Source of the DNA: the human T2T-CHM13v2.0 reference genome, Homo sapiens
Length of the DNA: 64,000 nucleotides
NCBI RefSeq assembly: GCF_009914755.1
Contig: NC_060931.1
Direction: 5' to 3' (one strand)
Below, piece after piece: positions 13,801 to 29,200 of this stretch. The notes below the pieces were generated by a model. It was not told the origin of the DNA. It worked only from the letters and a program-made list of their open reading frames with translations, and ran no database searches. Position 1 is the first letter of the stretch. The number at the start of each line of letters is the position of its first letter. A program made the translations under genes and the position numbers.

Positions 13801-16800
13801 TTTCTTTCCATTCCATTCCATTCCATTCCATTCCATTCCATTCCATTCCTTTCCACTCTGGTTTATTCCATTCCATTCGATTCCATTCCATTCCTTTGCA
13901 TTCCAAACGTGTTGATTTAATTCCTTTCCATTCCACTCCATTCCATTCCATTCCAGTTGATTCCATTCCATCCACTCCATTCCATTCCATTCCATTCCAT
14001 TCCATTCTATTCCACTCCTGTTTATCTAATTCCATTCCATTCCATTCATTTCCATTTCTTTCGTTTCCATTCGCTTCCATTCCATTCCATTCCATTCCAA
14101 TCCATTCCATTCGTGTTGTATCCATTTCATTAAATTACATTCCATTCCATTCCATTCGCGTTGAATCCATTTCATTCCATTCTATTCCGTTCCATTAACT
14201 TCCATTCCATTCCATTCAATTCCATTACATTCCCTTCCACTCAGGTTGATTGCATTCCATTCCATTCCACTCCATTCCATTGCATTCCTTTCCGTTCCAT
14301 TCCATTCCATTTTGGTTTGTTGCATTCCATTCCATTCCATTCCATTCCATTCCATTCCATTCCATTCCATTCCAATCGGGTTGATTCCTTTCCTTTCCAT
14401 TGCATTCCATTCCTTTCCTCTTGGGTTGTTTCCATTCCATTCCATTCAATTCCATTTCACTGGAATTGGTTCCATTCCATTCCATTCCGTTCCATTGCAT
14501 TCCATTCCATTCCATTCCATTCCAAACGGTTTGATTCCATTCCATTCCATTCAATTCCGTTCCATTCCACTCCATTCCTTTCCATTCAATTCCTTTCCAT
14601 TCCATTCTATTCCATTTCATTCCACTCGAGATGATACCATTCCATTCCATTGCATTCCACTTGGCTTGATTCCATTCCATTCCATTTCATTCCTTTCCAT
14701 TCCATTCCACTCCATTCCATTCCATTCCATTCCATTCCATTCCATTCCATTGCATTCCATTCCATTCCATTCCACTCCATTCCATTGCATTCCATTCCAT
14801 TCCATTCCATTCCATTCCATTCCATTCTATTCCATTCCCCTCGGCTTGATTCCTTTCCCTTCCATTCCAATTCATTCCATACCATTACACTCCGGTTGAT
14901 TCCATTCCACTCCACTCAATTCCATTCCATTCCATTCCATTCCTTCCCATTCGATTCCATTCCATTCCTTTCCATTCCATTCCACTCCACTCGATTCAAT
15001 TCCATTCCATTACACTCCATTCCATTCCATTCCATTCCATTTAATTCCATTCCATTCCATTCCATCCCACTCCATTCCACTCGCTTTGATTCCATTCCAT
15101 TCCATTCTACTGCATTCCATTCCACTCGGGTTGATTCCATTCCATTCCATTCCATTCCAATCCTGTCCGTTCCATTCCATTCCATTCTGGTTGATTCCAC
15201 TTCATTAAATTCCATTCCATTCCGTTCCATTTCATTCCATTCCAGTAGGGTTGATTCCATTCAATTACTTTCCTTTCCATTCCATTCCATTCCATTCCAT
15301 TCCACTCCACTCGTGTTGATTCCATTCCATTCCATTCCATTCCATTCCATTCCATTCCATTCCATTCCATTCCATGCCATTCCACTCGGATTGATTCCAT
15401 TCCATTGCTTTTTATTCCATTCCATTCCATTCCCGTCCATTGCATTCCATTCAATTACATTACATTCCACTCGAGTTGATTCCATTACATTCCATTCGCT
15501 TCCCTTCCATTCCATTCCATTCTATTCCACCCGGGTTGAATCCATTCCATTCCATTCCATTACCTTCCATTCCAATCCATTGCACACCGGTTGATTCCAG
15601 TCGATTCAATTCCATCTCATTCCATTCCCTTCCATTCCATTCCATTACATTACACTAGGGTTGATTCCATTCCATTCCATTCCATTCCTCTCGGGTTTAT
15701 TCAATTCCATTCCATTCCATTCCATTCCAATCCATTTCATGCCAATACATTCCAGTCGGGTTGATTCCAATCCGTTCCATTCCATTCCATTCCATTCAAT
15801 TCCACTCTGGTTGATTCCATTCCATTCCATTTCATTCCACTCCATTCCTTTCCATTCCATTCCATTCCCTTCCATTCTCATTAATACCATTCCATTTCTT
15901 TCCATTGAATTCCTTTCCATTTCAATGCATTCCAGATGATTCCATTCCACTCCATTCCATTCCATTCCACTCCATTCCATTCCACTCCGTTCCATTCCAT
16001 TCCATTCTATTCCACTCAAGTTGATTATATTGCATCCCATTCCACTCCATTCCCCTCCATTCCTTTCCATTCCATTACATTCCTTGCCATTCCATTCCAT
16101 TAATCTCTGGTTGATTCCATTCCAGTCCATTTCAGTTCATTCCATGCCATTCCATTCCATTCTATACGCGTTGATACCATTCCATTCCATTCCATTCCAT
16201 TCCATTCCATTCTATTCCATTCCTTTCCCTTCCATCCCATTCCAATCGAGTTGATTCCATTGCATTCGATTCCATTCCATTCTATTCCATTCCATTCCAT
16301 TCCATTCCATTCCATTTCGTACCACTCGGGTTTATTCCATTCCATTCCATTCCATTCCATTCCATTCCTTGCCATTGCATTCCATTCCATTACATTCCAT
16401 TGGTGTTGATTCCAATCCATTACAATCTATTCCATTCCATTACATTCCACTCGAGTGGATTCCACTGCATTCCATTCCATTCCATTCCATTCCATTCCAT
16501 TCCATTCCACTCCATTCCATTCCATTCCATTCCACTGCATTCCATTCCATTCGATTGCTCTCGGGTTAATTCCATTCCATTCCATGCCATTCCTTTCCAT
16601 TCTATTCCATACCATTCCACTCGGGTTTTTTCAATTCCATTCCATTCCATTCCATTCCATTCCACTCCATGCCACTCATGTTGATTCCATTCCATTCCAT
16701 TTCATTCTATTCCATTAAATTCTATTCCATTGTATTTCATTCAATTCTGTTCTATTCCATACCATTCCACTCGGGTTTTTTCCATTCCATTCCATTCCAT

Positions 16801-17470
16801 TCCATTCCATTCCATTCCATTCCATTCCATTCCATTCCATTCCATGCCACTCATGTTGATTCCATTCCATTCCATTTCATTCCATTCCATTAACTTCCAT
16901 TCCATTCCATTCCATTCCATTCCATTCCATTCCATTCCATTCCATTCCACTTTGTTGATTCCATTCCATTGCCTTCCATTCCATTCCACTAGGGTTGATA
17001 CCATTCCATTCCATTCCATTGCATTCTTTTCCATTCCATCTCATTTGACTTGGGTTGATTCCACTGCATCCCATTGCATTCCATTCCACTGCATTCCATT
17101 CCATTTCATTCCATTCCACTTGGGTTTATTCCATTCCATTTGATTCCATTCCTTTCCTTTCCATTCCCTGCCACTCAGGTTGACTCCATTCCATTCCATT
17201 TCATTCCATTCCTTTCCATTCATTTCCACTCCATTCCATTCCATTCCATTCCATTCCAGTCGTGTTGATTCCATTCAATTGGCTTCCATTCCATTCCACT
17301 TGGTTTGATACCATTCCATTCCATTCCATTCCATTCCATTCCATTCCAATCCTTTCCATGCCAATACATTCCAGTCGGGTTGATTCCAGTCCGTTCCGTT
17401 CCATTCCATTCCATTCCATTCATTTCCACTCGGGTTGATTATATTCCATTCCCTTCCATTCCATTCCATT
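4844..17470 (+). repeat. Domain A higher-order unit, copy 1 (12.6 kb, i.e. ~10.5 kb plus a ~2.1 kb internal duplication/insertion)
   Basis: Delimited by CCACACGGGTTGATTCCAGTCC at 4844 and 17471. Marker order is the same as in 26291-37017: TTTTAAATTCC, ACTAGCGTTT, CACTGGGGTTG, CGCACCACT, GTAGGAGA, CTCCTGTTTATCT, CCAGTAGGGTTG. Confidence 0.75.
10143..13810 (+). repeat. Direct duplication of ~1.5 kb (10143-11640 and 12253-13810) separated by a ~0.6 kb insert from another block
   Basis: CCACTCGAGTTGATACC followed by the same downstream words occurs at 10143 and 12253. CTCATTAATACAA is at ~11007 and ~13203, and GTAGGAGA at 11623 and 13793. Confidence 0.8.
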
Positions 17471-18069
17471 CCACACGGGTTGATTCCAGTCCCTTCAATT
17501 CCATGCCATTGCATTCCATTCAATTACGTTCCATTCCATTCCATTCTATTCCACCCTGGTTCATTCCATTCCATTGCATTTCATTCCATTGTATTCCATT
17601 CCGCTCGTGTTGATTTCATTCCATTCCATTCCCTTACATTCCACTCGGGTTGGCTCCATTCCATTCCATTCCTTTCCATCCGTTTCCATTCCATTCTATT
17701 CCACTCGGGTTGATTCCATTCCATTCCATTCCATTCCATTCCATTCCATTCCATTCCCGTTGTTTGCATTCCATTCCATTCCATTCCATTCCATGCCATT
17801 CCACTCTCATTGATTCAATTCCATTCCATTCCATTCCATTCTCTTCCATTCCATTCCCGTTGATTGCATTCCATTCCATTCCATTCCATTCTATGGCATT
17901 CCACTCTCATTGATTCCATTCCATTCCATTCCATTCCATTCCATTTCATTCCATTCCATTCCATGCCATTCCACTCTCGTTGATTCCATTCCATTCCATT
18001 CCATTCCTTTCCATTCCACTTCCGTTGATTCCATTCCATTCCATTACATTCCATTACATTCCATTCCAC

Positions 18070-21000
18070 TCGGGTTTATTCAATTTCGCTCCATTCCATT
18101 CCATTGCATTCCATTCCATTCCATTCCATTCGTGTTGATTCCAATTCCTTACAATCTATTCCATTCCATTCCATTCCATTACTTTCCTTTCCATTCCACT
18201 CGTGTGGATTCAATTCCATTGCCTTCCATTCCATTCCACTAGGGTTGATTCCACTCCATTCCTTTCCATTCCTTTCTTTTCCATTCCAATGCGTTCGACT
18301 CAAGGTGATTCCAATCCATTCCATTCCATTCCATTCCATTCCATTCCATTCCATTCCATTCCATAGCATTCCATTCCATTCCATTCCATTCCATTCCATT
18401 CCATTCCATTCCATTCCATCTCATTCCATTGCATTCGGGTTGTTTACAGTCCATTCCATTCCATTCAAGTCCATTCCATTCCATTCCATTCCATTCCGTT
18501 CCACTCGAGTTGATTCCATTGCATACCCTTCCATTTCATCCCACTCCATTCCATTCCATTCCATTCCGTTCCATTCCACTCGGGTTTATTCCATTCCATT
18601 CCATTTAATTCTATTCCATTCCTTTCCATTCCATGCCACTCAGGTTGATTCCATTCCATTCCATTCCATTCCATTCCATTCCATTCCATTCCATTCCATT
18701 CCATTCCATTTCATTCCATTCCGTTCCATTCCATTCCATTCGGGTTGAATCCGGTCCATTCCATTCTATTCCATTCCATTCCATTCTATTCCACTCAATT
18801 TGATTACATTGCATCCCGTTCCATTCCATTCCCCTCCATTCCTTTCCATTCCATTGCATTCCTTGCCATTCCATTCCATTCATCTCGGGTTGATTCCATT
18901 CCAGTCCATTTCAGTTCATTCCATGCCATTCCATTCCATTCCATTCCATTCCATACGCGTTGATACCATTCCATTCCATTCCATTCCATTCCATTCCATT
19001 CCTTTCCCTTCCATCCCATTCCAATCGAGTTGATTCCATTGCATTTGATTCCTTTCCATTCCATTCCATTCCATTCCATTCCATTCCATTCCGTACCACA
19101 CGGGTTTATGCCATTCCATTCCATTCCATTCCATTCCTTGCCATTGCATTCCATTCCATTGCATTCCATTGGTGTTGATTCCAATCCATTACAATCTGTT
19201 CCATTCCATTACATTCCACTGGAGTGGATTCCACTGCATTCCATTCCATTCCATTCCATTCCATTCCTTTCCACTCCATTGCATTCCATTCCTTTCCATT
19301 CCCCTCCATTCCATTCCATTCCATTGCTCTCGGGTTAATTCCATTCCATTCCATCCCATTCCATTCCATTCCATTCTATTCCATACCATTCCACTCGGAT
19401 TTTTTCCATTCCATTCCATTCCATTCCATTCCATTCCACTCCATGCCACTCATGTTGATTCCATTCCATTCCATTTCATTCAATTCCATTAAATTCTATT
19501 CCATTCCATTTCATTCCCTTCCATTCTATTCCATGCCATTCCACTCGGGTTTTTTCCATTGCATTCCATTCCATTCCATTCCATTCCATTCCATTCCATT
19601 CCATTCCATTCCATTCCATTCCATGCCACTCATGTTGATTCCATTCCATTCCATTTCATTCCATTCCATTAAATTCCATTCCATTCCATTCCATTGCCTT
19701 CCATTCCATTCCACTAGGGTTGATTCCACTCAATTCCTTTCCATTCCTTTCTTTTCCATTCCATTGCATTCGACTCAAGGTGATTCCAATGCATTCCATT
19801 CCATTCCATTGCATTCCATTCCATTCCATTCCATAGCATTCCATTCCATTCCATTCCATTCCATTGCATTCGGGTTGTTTCCAGTCCATTCCATTCCATT
19901 CAAGTCCATTCCATTCCATTCCATTCCGTTCCACTCGAGTTGATTCCATTGCATCTCCTTCCATTTCATCCCACTCCATTCCATTCCATTCCATTCCATT
20001 TCATTCCATTCCATTCCATTCCACTCGGGTTTATTCCATTCCATTCCATTTAATTCTATTCCATTCCTTTCCATTCCATGCCACTCAGGTTGATTCCATT
20101 CCATTCCATTCCGTTCCATTCCATTCCATTAGGGTTGAATCCGGTCCATTCCATTCTGTTCCATTCCATTCCATTCCATTCTATTCCACTCAAGTTGATT
20201 ACATTGCATCTCATTCCATTCCATTCCCCTCCATTCCTTTCCATTCCATTGCATTCCTTGCCATTCCATTCCATTCATCTCGGGTTGATTCCATTCCAGT
20301 CCATTTCAGTTCATTCCATGTCATTCCATTCTATTCCATTCCATTCCATTCCATAAGCGTTGATACCATTCCATTCCATTCCATTCCATTCCATTCCTTT
20401 CCCTTCCATCCCATTCCAATCGAGTTGATTCCATTGCATTCGATTCCTTTCCATTCCATTCCATTCCATTCCATTCCATTCCATTCCATTCCATTCCTTT
20501 CCGTACCTCTCGGGTCTATGCCATTCCATTCCATTCCATTCCACTCCTTGCCATTGCATTCAATTCCATTGCATTCCATTGGTGTTGATTCCAATCGATT
20601 ACAATCTGTTCCATTCCATTACTTTCCACTCGAGTGGATTCCACTGCATTCCATTCCATTCCATTCCATTCCATTCCATTCCATTCCATTCCATTCCACT
20701 CCATTCCATTCCATTCCATTGCTCTCGGGTTAATTCCATTCCATTCCATCCCATTCCATTCCATTCCATTCTATTCCATACCATTCCACTCTGATTTTTT
20801 CAATTCGATTCCATTCCATTCCATTCCATTCCATTCCATTCCATTCCATTCCACTCCATGCCACTCATGTTGATTCCATTCCATTCCATTTCATTCCATT
20901 CCATTAAATTCTATTCCATTCCATTTCATTCCATTCCATTCCAGTCCATACCATTCCACTCGGGTTTTTTCCATTGCATTCCATTGCATTCCATTCCATT

Positions 21001-22480
21001 CCATTCCATTCCATTCCATTCCATTCCATGCCACTCATGTTGATTCCATTCCATTCCATTTCATTCCATTCCATTAAATTCCATTCCATTCCATTCCATT
21101 GCCTTCCATTCCATTCCACTAGGGTTGATTCCAGTCCATTCCTTTCCATTCCTTTCTTTTCCATTCCATTGCATGCGACTCAAGGTGATTCCAATCCATT
21201 CCATTCCATTCCATTGCATTCCATTCCATTCCACTCGGGTTTATTCCATTCCATTCCATTTAATTCTATTCCATTCCTTTCCATTCCATGCCACTCAGGT
21301 TGATTCCATTCCATTCCATTCCATTCCATTCCATTCCATTCCTTTCCATTCCATTCCATTCGGGTTGAATCCGGTCCATTCCATTCTGTTCCATTCCATT
21401 CCATTCCATTCTATTCCACTCAAGTTGATTACATTGCATCTCATTCCATTCCATTCCCCTCCATTCCTTTCCATTCCATTGCAATCCTTGCCATTCCATT
21501 CCATTCATCTCGGGTTGATTCCATTCCAGTCCATTTCAGTTCATTCCATGCCATTCCATTCCATTCCATTCCATTCCATTCCATTCCATACGCGTTGATA
21601 CCATTCCATTCCATTCCATTCCATTCCATTCCATTCTATTCCACTCCTTTCCCTTCCATCTCATTCCAATCGAGTTGATTCCATTGCATCCGATTCCTTT
21701 CCATTCCATTCCATTCCATTCCATTCCATTCCATTCCATTCCATTCCGTATCCCTCGGGTTTATACCATTCCATTCCATTCCATTCCATTCCTTGCCATT
21801 GCATTCAATTCCATTGCATTCCACTGGTGTTGATTCCAATCCATTACAATCTGTTCCATTCCATTACATTCCACTCGAGTGGATTCCACTGCATTCCATT
21901 CCATTCCATTCCATTCCATTCCATTCCATTCCACTCCATTCCATTCCATTCCATTCCACTCCACTCCATTCCATTCCATTCCATTCCACTCCATTCCATT
22001 CCATTCCACTCCACTCCATTCCATTCCATTCCATTCCACTCCATTCCATTCCATTCCTTTCCACTCCATTCCATTCCATTCCATTCCATTCCACTCCATT
22101 CCATTCCATTCCATTCCATTCCACTCCATTCCATTCCATTCCATTCCATTCCACTCCATTCCATTCCATTCCATTGCTCTCTGGTTAATTCCATTCCATT
22201 CCATCCCATTCCATTCCATTCCATTCTATTCCATACCATTCCACTCGGATTTTTTCCATTGCATTCCATTCCATTCCATTCCACTCCATGCCACTCATGT
22301 TGATTCCATTCCATTCCATTTCATTCCATTCCATTAAATTCTATTCCATTCCATTTCATTCCATTCCATTCTATTCCATACCATTCCACTCGGGTTTTTT
22401 CCATTCCATTCCATTCCATGCCACTCATGTTGATTCCATTCCATTCCATTCCACTCCATTCCATTCCATTCCATTCCATT
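18070..22480 (+). repeat. Local tandem of a ~1.2-1.4 kb sub-block (about three copies)
   Basis: AATCCGGTCC at 18748, 20138 and 21368 (spacings 1390 and 1230). CGACTCAAGGTG, CAGTCCATTTCAGTTC, ACAATCTGTTCC and GAGTGGATTCC each recur three times in the same order. Confidence 0.8.
21895..22172 (+). repeat. Expanded near-pure CATTC/CACTC tract (~275 bp with no decamer)
   Basis: Lies between GAGTGGATTCCACTGC and ATTGCTCTC, an interval of only ~70-110 bp in homologous copies (e.g. 3311-3390, 20645-20720). CCACT occurs at 22061, 22091, 22121 and 22151, a 30 bp period. Confidence 0.85.
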
Positions 22481-22489
22481 CCATTCCAT

Positions 22490-25400
22490 TCCATTCCATT
22501 CCATTACATTCCACTCGAGTTGATTCCATTGCATTCCATTTCATTGCATTCTATTCCATTCCATTCCATTCCATTCCATTCCATACCACTCGGGTTTCTT
22601 CCATTCCATTGCATTCCATTCCATTCCATTCCATTCCATTCCATTCCACTCGGGTTGATTCCATTCCATTCCATTTCATTCCATTCCATTCCATCCCATT
22701 CCCTTCCATTCGCGTTGATACCATTCCATTCCATTCCATTCCTTTGCATTGCAATGCATTCCAGATGATTCCATTCCATTCCATTCCATTCCATTCCACT
22801 CCATTCCATTCCATTCCGTTCCATTTGATTCCATTCTTTTCCATTCCATTCCATTCCTTTCCTCTATGGTTGATTCCTTTTCATTCCATTCCATTGCATT
22901 CCATTTCATACCATTCCTCTCGGGTTTATTCCGTTACCTTCCATTCCATTCCATTCCATTCCATTCCATTCCATTCCATTCCATTCCATTCCATGCCACA
23001 CTGGTTGATTCCGTTCCATACCATTTAATTCCTTTCCATTTCATTCCTTTCCATTCCATTCCATTCCATTCCACTCGTGTTGATTCCATTCCATTGCCTT
23101 CCTTTCCGTTCCACTCGGGTTGATACCATTCCATTCCATTCCATTCCACTCCATTGCTTTCCTTTCCATTGCATTCGACTTCAGTTGATTCCATTCCATT
23201 CCATTCCTTTCCATTCCATTCCATTCGGGTTGATTCCAGTCCATTCCATTCTATTCCCTTCCATTCCATTCCATTGCATTCCACTCCATTCCATTCCATT
23301 CCACTCGAGTTGAGTCCATTGCATTCCATTCCATTCCATTCCATTCCACCCCAATCTACTCGGGTTTATTGCATTCCATTCCATACCATTCCATTAATTG
23401 CTATTCTATTCCATTCCAGTCTGGTTGATGCCATTCCATTCCATTCCATTCAATTGCATTCCATTCTCATTGATACCATTCCATTCCATTCCATTCCTTC
23501 CCATTGCATTGCATTCCAGATGATTCCATTCCATTCCATTCCACTCCATTCCATTCCATATCATTCCATTCCATTCCACTCGTGTTGATTCCATTCCATT
23601 GCCATCCATTCCATTCCACTCGAGTTGATACCAATCCATTCCATTGCATTCCATTCCTTTCCATTCCATTGCATTCAACTCGGGTTGATTGCATTCCATT
23701 TCATTGCTTTCCATTCCATTCCATTGCATTCCTTTCCATTCCATTCCATTCCATTCCATTCCATGCGATTCGATTCCATTCCACTCGAATTGACAACATT
23801 GCATTCCATTCCATTCCATTCCATTCCATTCCATTTCATTCCATTCCATTCCACTCGGGTTTATTCCATTCCATTCCATTCCATTCCTTTCCATTGCATT
23901 CCATTCCTTCCCATTCCATTCTATTCTAATCAGGTTGATTCCATTCCATTCCATTCCATTCCATTCCATTCCATTCGCGTTGATACCATTCCATTCCATT
24001 CCAATACAATCCTATACATTGCATTGCATTCCAGATGATTACATTCCATTCCGCACCACTCCATTCCATTCCATATCATTCCATTCCATTCCATTCCTTT
24101 CCATTCCATTCCACTCGTGTTGATTTCATTCCATTGTATACCATTCCATTCCACTTGGGTTGATACCATTCCATTCCATTCCATGCCATTCCTTTACATT
24201 CCATTGCATTCGAGTCGTGTTGATTCCATTCCATTCCATTCAATTCCATACCATTTCATTCCATTTCATTCAACTCGGTTTGATTCCATTCAATTCTATT
24301 TCATTCCATTCCATTCCACTGCATTCCATTCCATTCCATTCCACTCCGGTTGACTCCATTCCATTCCATTCCATTCCATTCCATTCCATTCCATTCCATT
24401 CCATTCCATTCCATTGCATTCCATTCCATTTCCATCCGGTTGATTCCATTCCATTCTATTCCATTTCATAACATTCCATTCCATTCCACTCGCGTTGATT
24501 CCATTCCATTCCATTATATTCCACTCGTGATCTTTCCATTCCGTTCCATTCCATTCAATTCTATTCCATTCCATTGCATTCCATTCCTTTCCACTCCAGT
24601 TGATTCCATTGCATTGAATTCCATTCCATTCCATTCCATTCCATTCCATTCCTTTCCATTCCATTCCATTACTTTGCATTGCATTCCTTTCCACTCGGGT
24701 TGATTCCATTCCATTCCATTTCATTCCATTCCATTCCATCCCATTCCCTTCTATTCACGTTGATACCATTCCATTCCATTCCATTCCATTCCTTTCCATT
24801 GCAACGCATTCCAGATGATTCCATTCCATTACATTCCATTCCACTCCATTCCATTCCATTCCATTCCATTCCATTCCATTCCATTCCATTCCATTCCATT
24901 TGATTCCATTCATTTCCATTCCATTCCATTCCATTCCATTCCTCTCTGGTTGATTCCTTTCCATTCCATTCCATTCCATTGCATACCATTCCTCTCGGAT
25001 TTATTCCGTTACATTCCATTCCATTCCATTCCATTCCATGCCACACTGGCTGATTCCGTTCCATTCCATTTCATTCCTTTCCATTTCATTCATTTCCATT
25101 ATATTCCTTTCCATTCCATTCCACTCGTGTTGATACCATTCCATTGCCTTCTTTTCCATTCCACTCGGGCTGATACCATTCCATTCCATTCCATTCCATT
25201 CCATTCCATTCAACTCCATTGCTTTCCATTCCATTGCATTCGACTTCGGTTGATTCCATTCCATGCCATTCCTTTCCATTCCATTCCATTTGGGTTGACT
25301 CCAGTCCATTCCATTCTATTCCATTCCATTCCATTCCATCCCATTCTACTCGGGTTTATTGCACTCCATTCCATACCATTCCATTAATTGCAATTCTATT

Positions 25401-26290
25401 CCATTCCACACTGGTGGATGCCATTCCATTCCATTCCATTCCATTCTCGTTGATACCATTCCATTCCATTCCATTCCATTCCATTCCTTCCCATTGCATT
25501 GAATTCCAGATGATTCCATTCCATTCCATTAAACTCCATTCCATTCCATATCATTCCATTCCATTCCATTCCTTTCCACTCGTGTTGATTTCATTCCATT
25601 GCCATCCATTCCATTCCACTCGAGTTGATACCATTCCATTCCATTCCATTCCATTCCATTCCTTTCCTTTCCAATGCATTCCATTCCTTGCCATTCCATT
25701 CTATTCTAATCGGGTTGATTCCATTCCATTCCATTTCATTCCATTCCATTCCATTCCATTCCATTGCATTCCATTACATTCCATTCCTTTCCATTCCATT
25801 CCTTTGGCGTTGATACCATTCCATTCCATTCCAATCCTATCCATTGCATTGAATTCCAGATGCTTACATTCCATTCCATTCCACTCCGTTCCATTCCATA
25901 GCATTCCATTCCATTCCATTCCTTTCCATTCCATTCCACTCGTGTTGATTCCATTCCATTGTATACCATTCCATTCCACTCGGGTTGATACCATTCCATT
26001 CCATTCCATTCCGTTCCTTTACATTCCGTTGCATTCGAGTTGTGTTGATTCCATTCCATTCCATTCAATTCCATACCATTTCATTCCATTTCATTCACCT
26101 CGGTTTGATTCCATTCCATTCCATTTCATTCCATTCCATTCCATTGCATTCCATTCCATTCCATTCCATTCCACTCCGGTTGATTCCATTCCATTCCATT
26201 CCATTCCATTGCATTGCATTGCATTCCATTCCATTCCACTCCAGTTGATTCCATTCCATTCCATTCCATTTCATTGCATTCCATTCCATT
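22490..26290 (+). repeat. Partial (~3.8 kb) third copy of the domain A unit, homologous to ~6800-10750 and ~28330-31990
   Basis: Same ordered markers: TGCCACACTGGTTG (7466/22993/28827), CGCACCACT, TGCCACACTGGCTGA (9491/25039/30667), CACCTCGGTTTG. Confidence 0.78.
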
Positions 26291-29200
26291 CCACACGGGT
26301 TGATTCCAGTCCTTTCAATTCCATCCCATTGCATTCCATTCAATTACGTTCCATTGCATTCCATTCTATTCCACTCTGGTTCATTCCATTCCATTCCATT
26401 TCATTCCATTCTATTCCATTCCGCTCGTGTTGATTTCATTCCCTTCCATTCCCTTACATTCCACTCGCGTTGGCTCCTTTCCATTCCATTCCATTCCTTT
26501 CCATCCGTTTCCATTCCATTCTATTCCACTCGGGTTTATACAATTCCATTCCATTCCATTCCATTCCATTCCATTCCATTCCATTCCATTCCATTCCCGT
26601 TGATTGCATTCCATTCTATTCCATTCCATGCCATTCCACTCTCATTGATTCCATTCCATTCCATTCCATTCCATTCCATTTCATTCCATTCCATTCCATT
26701 CCCGTTGATTGCATTCCATTCCATTCCATTCTATGCCATTCTTTTAAATTCCATTGCATTCGACTGAGGTTGATTCCACCGCATCACATTCCATTCGATT
26801 CCACTCCATTCCATTCCATTTCATTCCATTCCACTCGGGTTTATTCCATTACATTTGATTCCATTCCTTTCCTTTCCATTCCCTGCCACTCAGGTTGACT
26901 CCATTCCATTCCATTTCATTCCATTCTATTCCATTCAGTTCCACTCCATTATATTCCATTCCATTCCATTCCAGTCGTGTTGATTCCATTCAATTGCTTT
27001 CCATTCCATTCCACTCGGTTTGATACCATTCCATTCCATTCCATTCCATTCCATTCCATTCCATTCTTTTAAATTCCATTGCATTCGACTTGGTTTGATT
27101 CCATTCCACTCTATTCCATTCCATTCCATTCCATTCGAGTTCATTCCAGTCCATTCCATTCTATTCCATTCCATTCCATTCCATTCCATTCCATTCCTTT
27201 CCATTCCATTCCACTCGAGTTGATTACATTGCATCCCATTCCATTCCATTCCACTCCATTCCATTTCATTCCATTCCATTCCACTAGCGTTTATTCCATT
27301 CTATTCCATTCCCTTCCATTCCATTCCATTCCACTCGGGTTCATTCCATTCCATTCCATTCCATTCTATTCCATTCCATTCCACCCCTTTCCACTCGAGT
27401 TGATTCTATTGCATTCAATTTCATTCCATTGCATTCCATTCCATTCCATTCCATTCCATTCCATTCCATTCCATTCCATTCCATAACACTCGGGTTTATT
27501 CCATACTATCTATTCCACTCCATTCCATTGCTTTCCATTCCATTCCATTCCACTGGGGTTGATTCCATTCCATTCCATTTAATTCCATTCCATTCCATTT
27601 CATTCCATTCAATTCCATCCCATTCCATTCCATTCACATCCATTCTCATTGATATCATTCCAATCCATTCCATTCCATTCCATTCCTTTCCATTGCAATG
27701 CGTTCCAGATGATTCCTTTCCATTCCATTCCATTCCATTCCATTCCATTCTATTCCATTCCATTTGATTCCACTCAATTCCATTTCTTTCCATTCCATTC
27801 CTCTCTGGTTGATTCCATTCCGTTCCATTCCATTCCATTCCTTTACACTCGTGTTGATTCCAATCCATTGCTTCCATTCCATTCCACTCGGGTTGATACC
27901 ATCCCATTCCATTCCATTCTATTCCATTACTTTCAATTGCATTTCATTCGACTCGTGTTGATTCCATTCCATTCCATTCAATTCCATTCCATTTCATTCC
28001 ATTCCATTCAACTCGGTTTGATTCCACTCCATTCCATTTCATTCCATTCCATTCCATTGCATTCCATTCCATGCCATTCCACTGTTGTTGATTCAATTCC
28101 ATTCCATTCCATTCCATTCCATTCCACTCGCGTTGATTCCATTCCATTCCATTCCATTCCATTCCATTCCATTCCATTCCACTCCACTCCACTCGGGTTC
28201 ATTCCATTCCATTCCATTCCATTCCATTCCATTACATTACATTACATTCCACTCGAGTTGATTCCATTGCATTCCATTTCATTGCATTCTATTCCATTCC
28301 ATTCCATTCCATTCCATTCCATTCCATTACATTACATTACATTCCACTCGAGTTGATTCCATTGCATTCCATTTCATTGCATTCTATTCCATTCCATTCC
28401 ATTCCATTCCATTCCATTCCATTTCATTCCATTCCATACCACTCGGGTTTCTTCCATTCCCTTCCATTCCATTTCATTTCATTCCATTCCATTCCACTCG
28501 GGTTGATTCCATTCCATTCCATTTCATTCCATTCCATTCCATCCCATTCCCTTCCATTCGCCTTGATACCATTCCATTCCATTCTATTCCTTTCCATTGC
28601 AATGCATTCCAGATGATTCCATTCCATTCCACTCCATTCCATTCCACTCCATTCCATTCCATTCCATTCCGTTCCATTTGATTCCATTCATTTCCATTCC
28701 ATTCCATTCCATTCCTCTCTGGTTGATTCCTTTCCATTCCATTCCATTGCATTCCATTTCATACCATTCCTCTCGGGTTTATTCAGTTACCTTCCATTCC
28801 ATTCCATTCCAATCCATTCCATTACATGCCACACTGGTTGATTCTGTTCCATGCCATTTAATTCCTTTCCATTTCATTCCTTTCCATTCCATTCCATTCC
28901 ATTCCACTCGTGTTGATTCCATTCCATTGCCTTCCTTTCCATTCCACTCGGGTTGATACCATTCCATTCCATTCCATTACATTACATTCCATTCCATTCC
29001 ACTCGAGTTGAGTCCATTGCATTCCATTCCATTCCATTCCATTCCACCCCAATCTACTCGGGTTTACTGCATTCCATTCCATACCGTTCCATTAATTGCT
29101 ATTCTATTCCATTCCTGTCTGGTTGATGCCATTCCATTCCATTCCATTCAATTGCATTCCATTCTCATTGATACCATTCCATTCCATTCCATTCCTTCCC

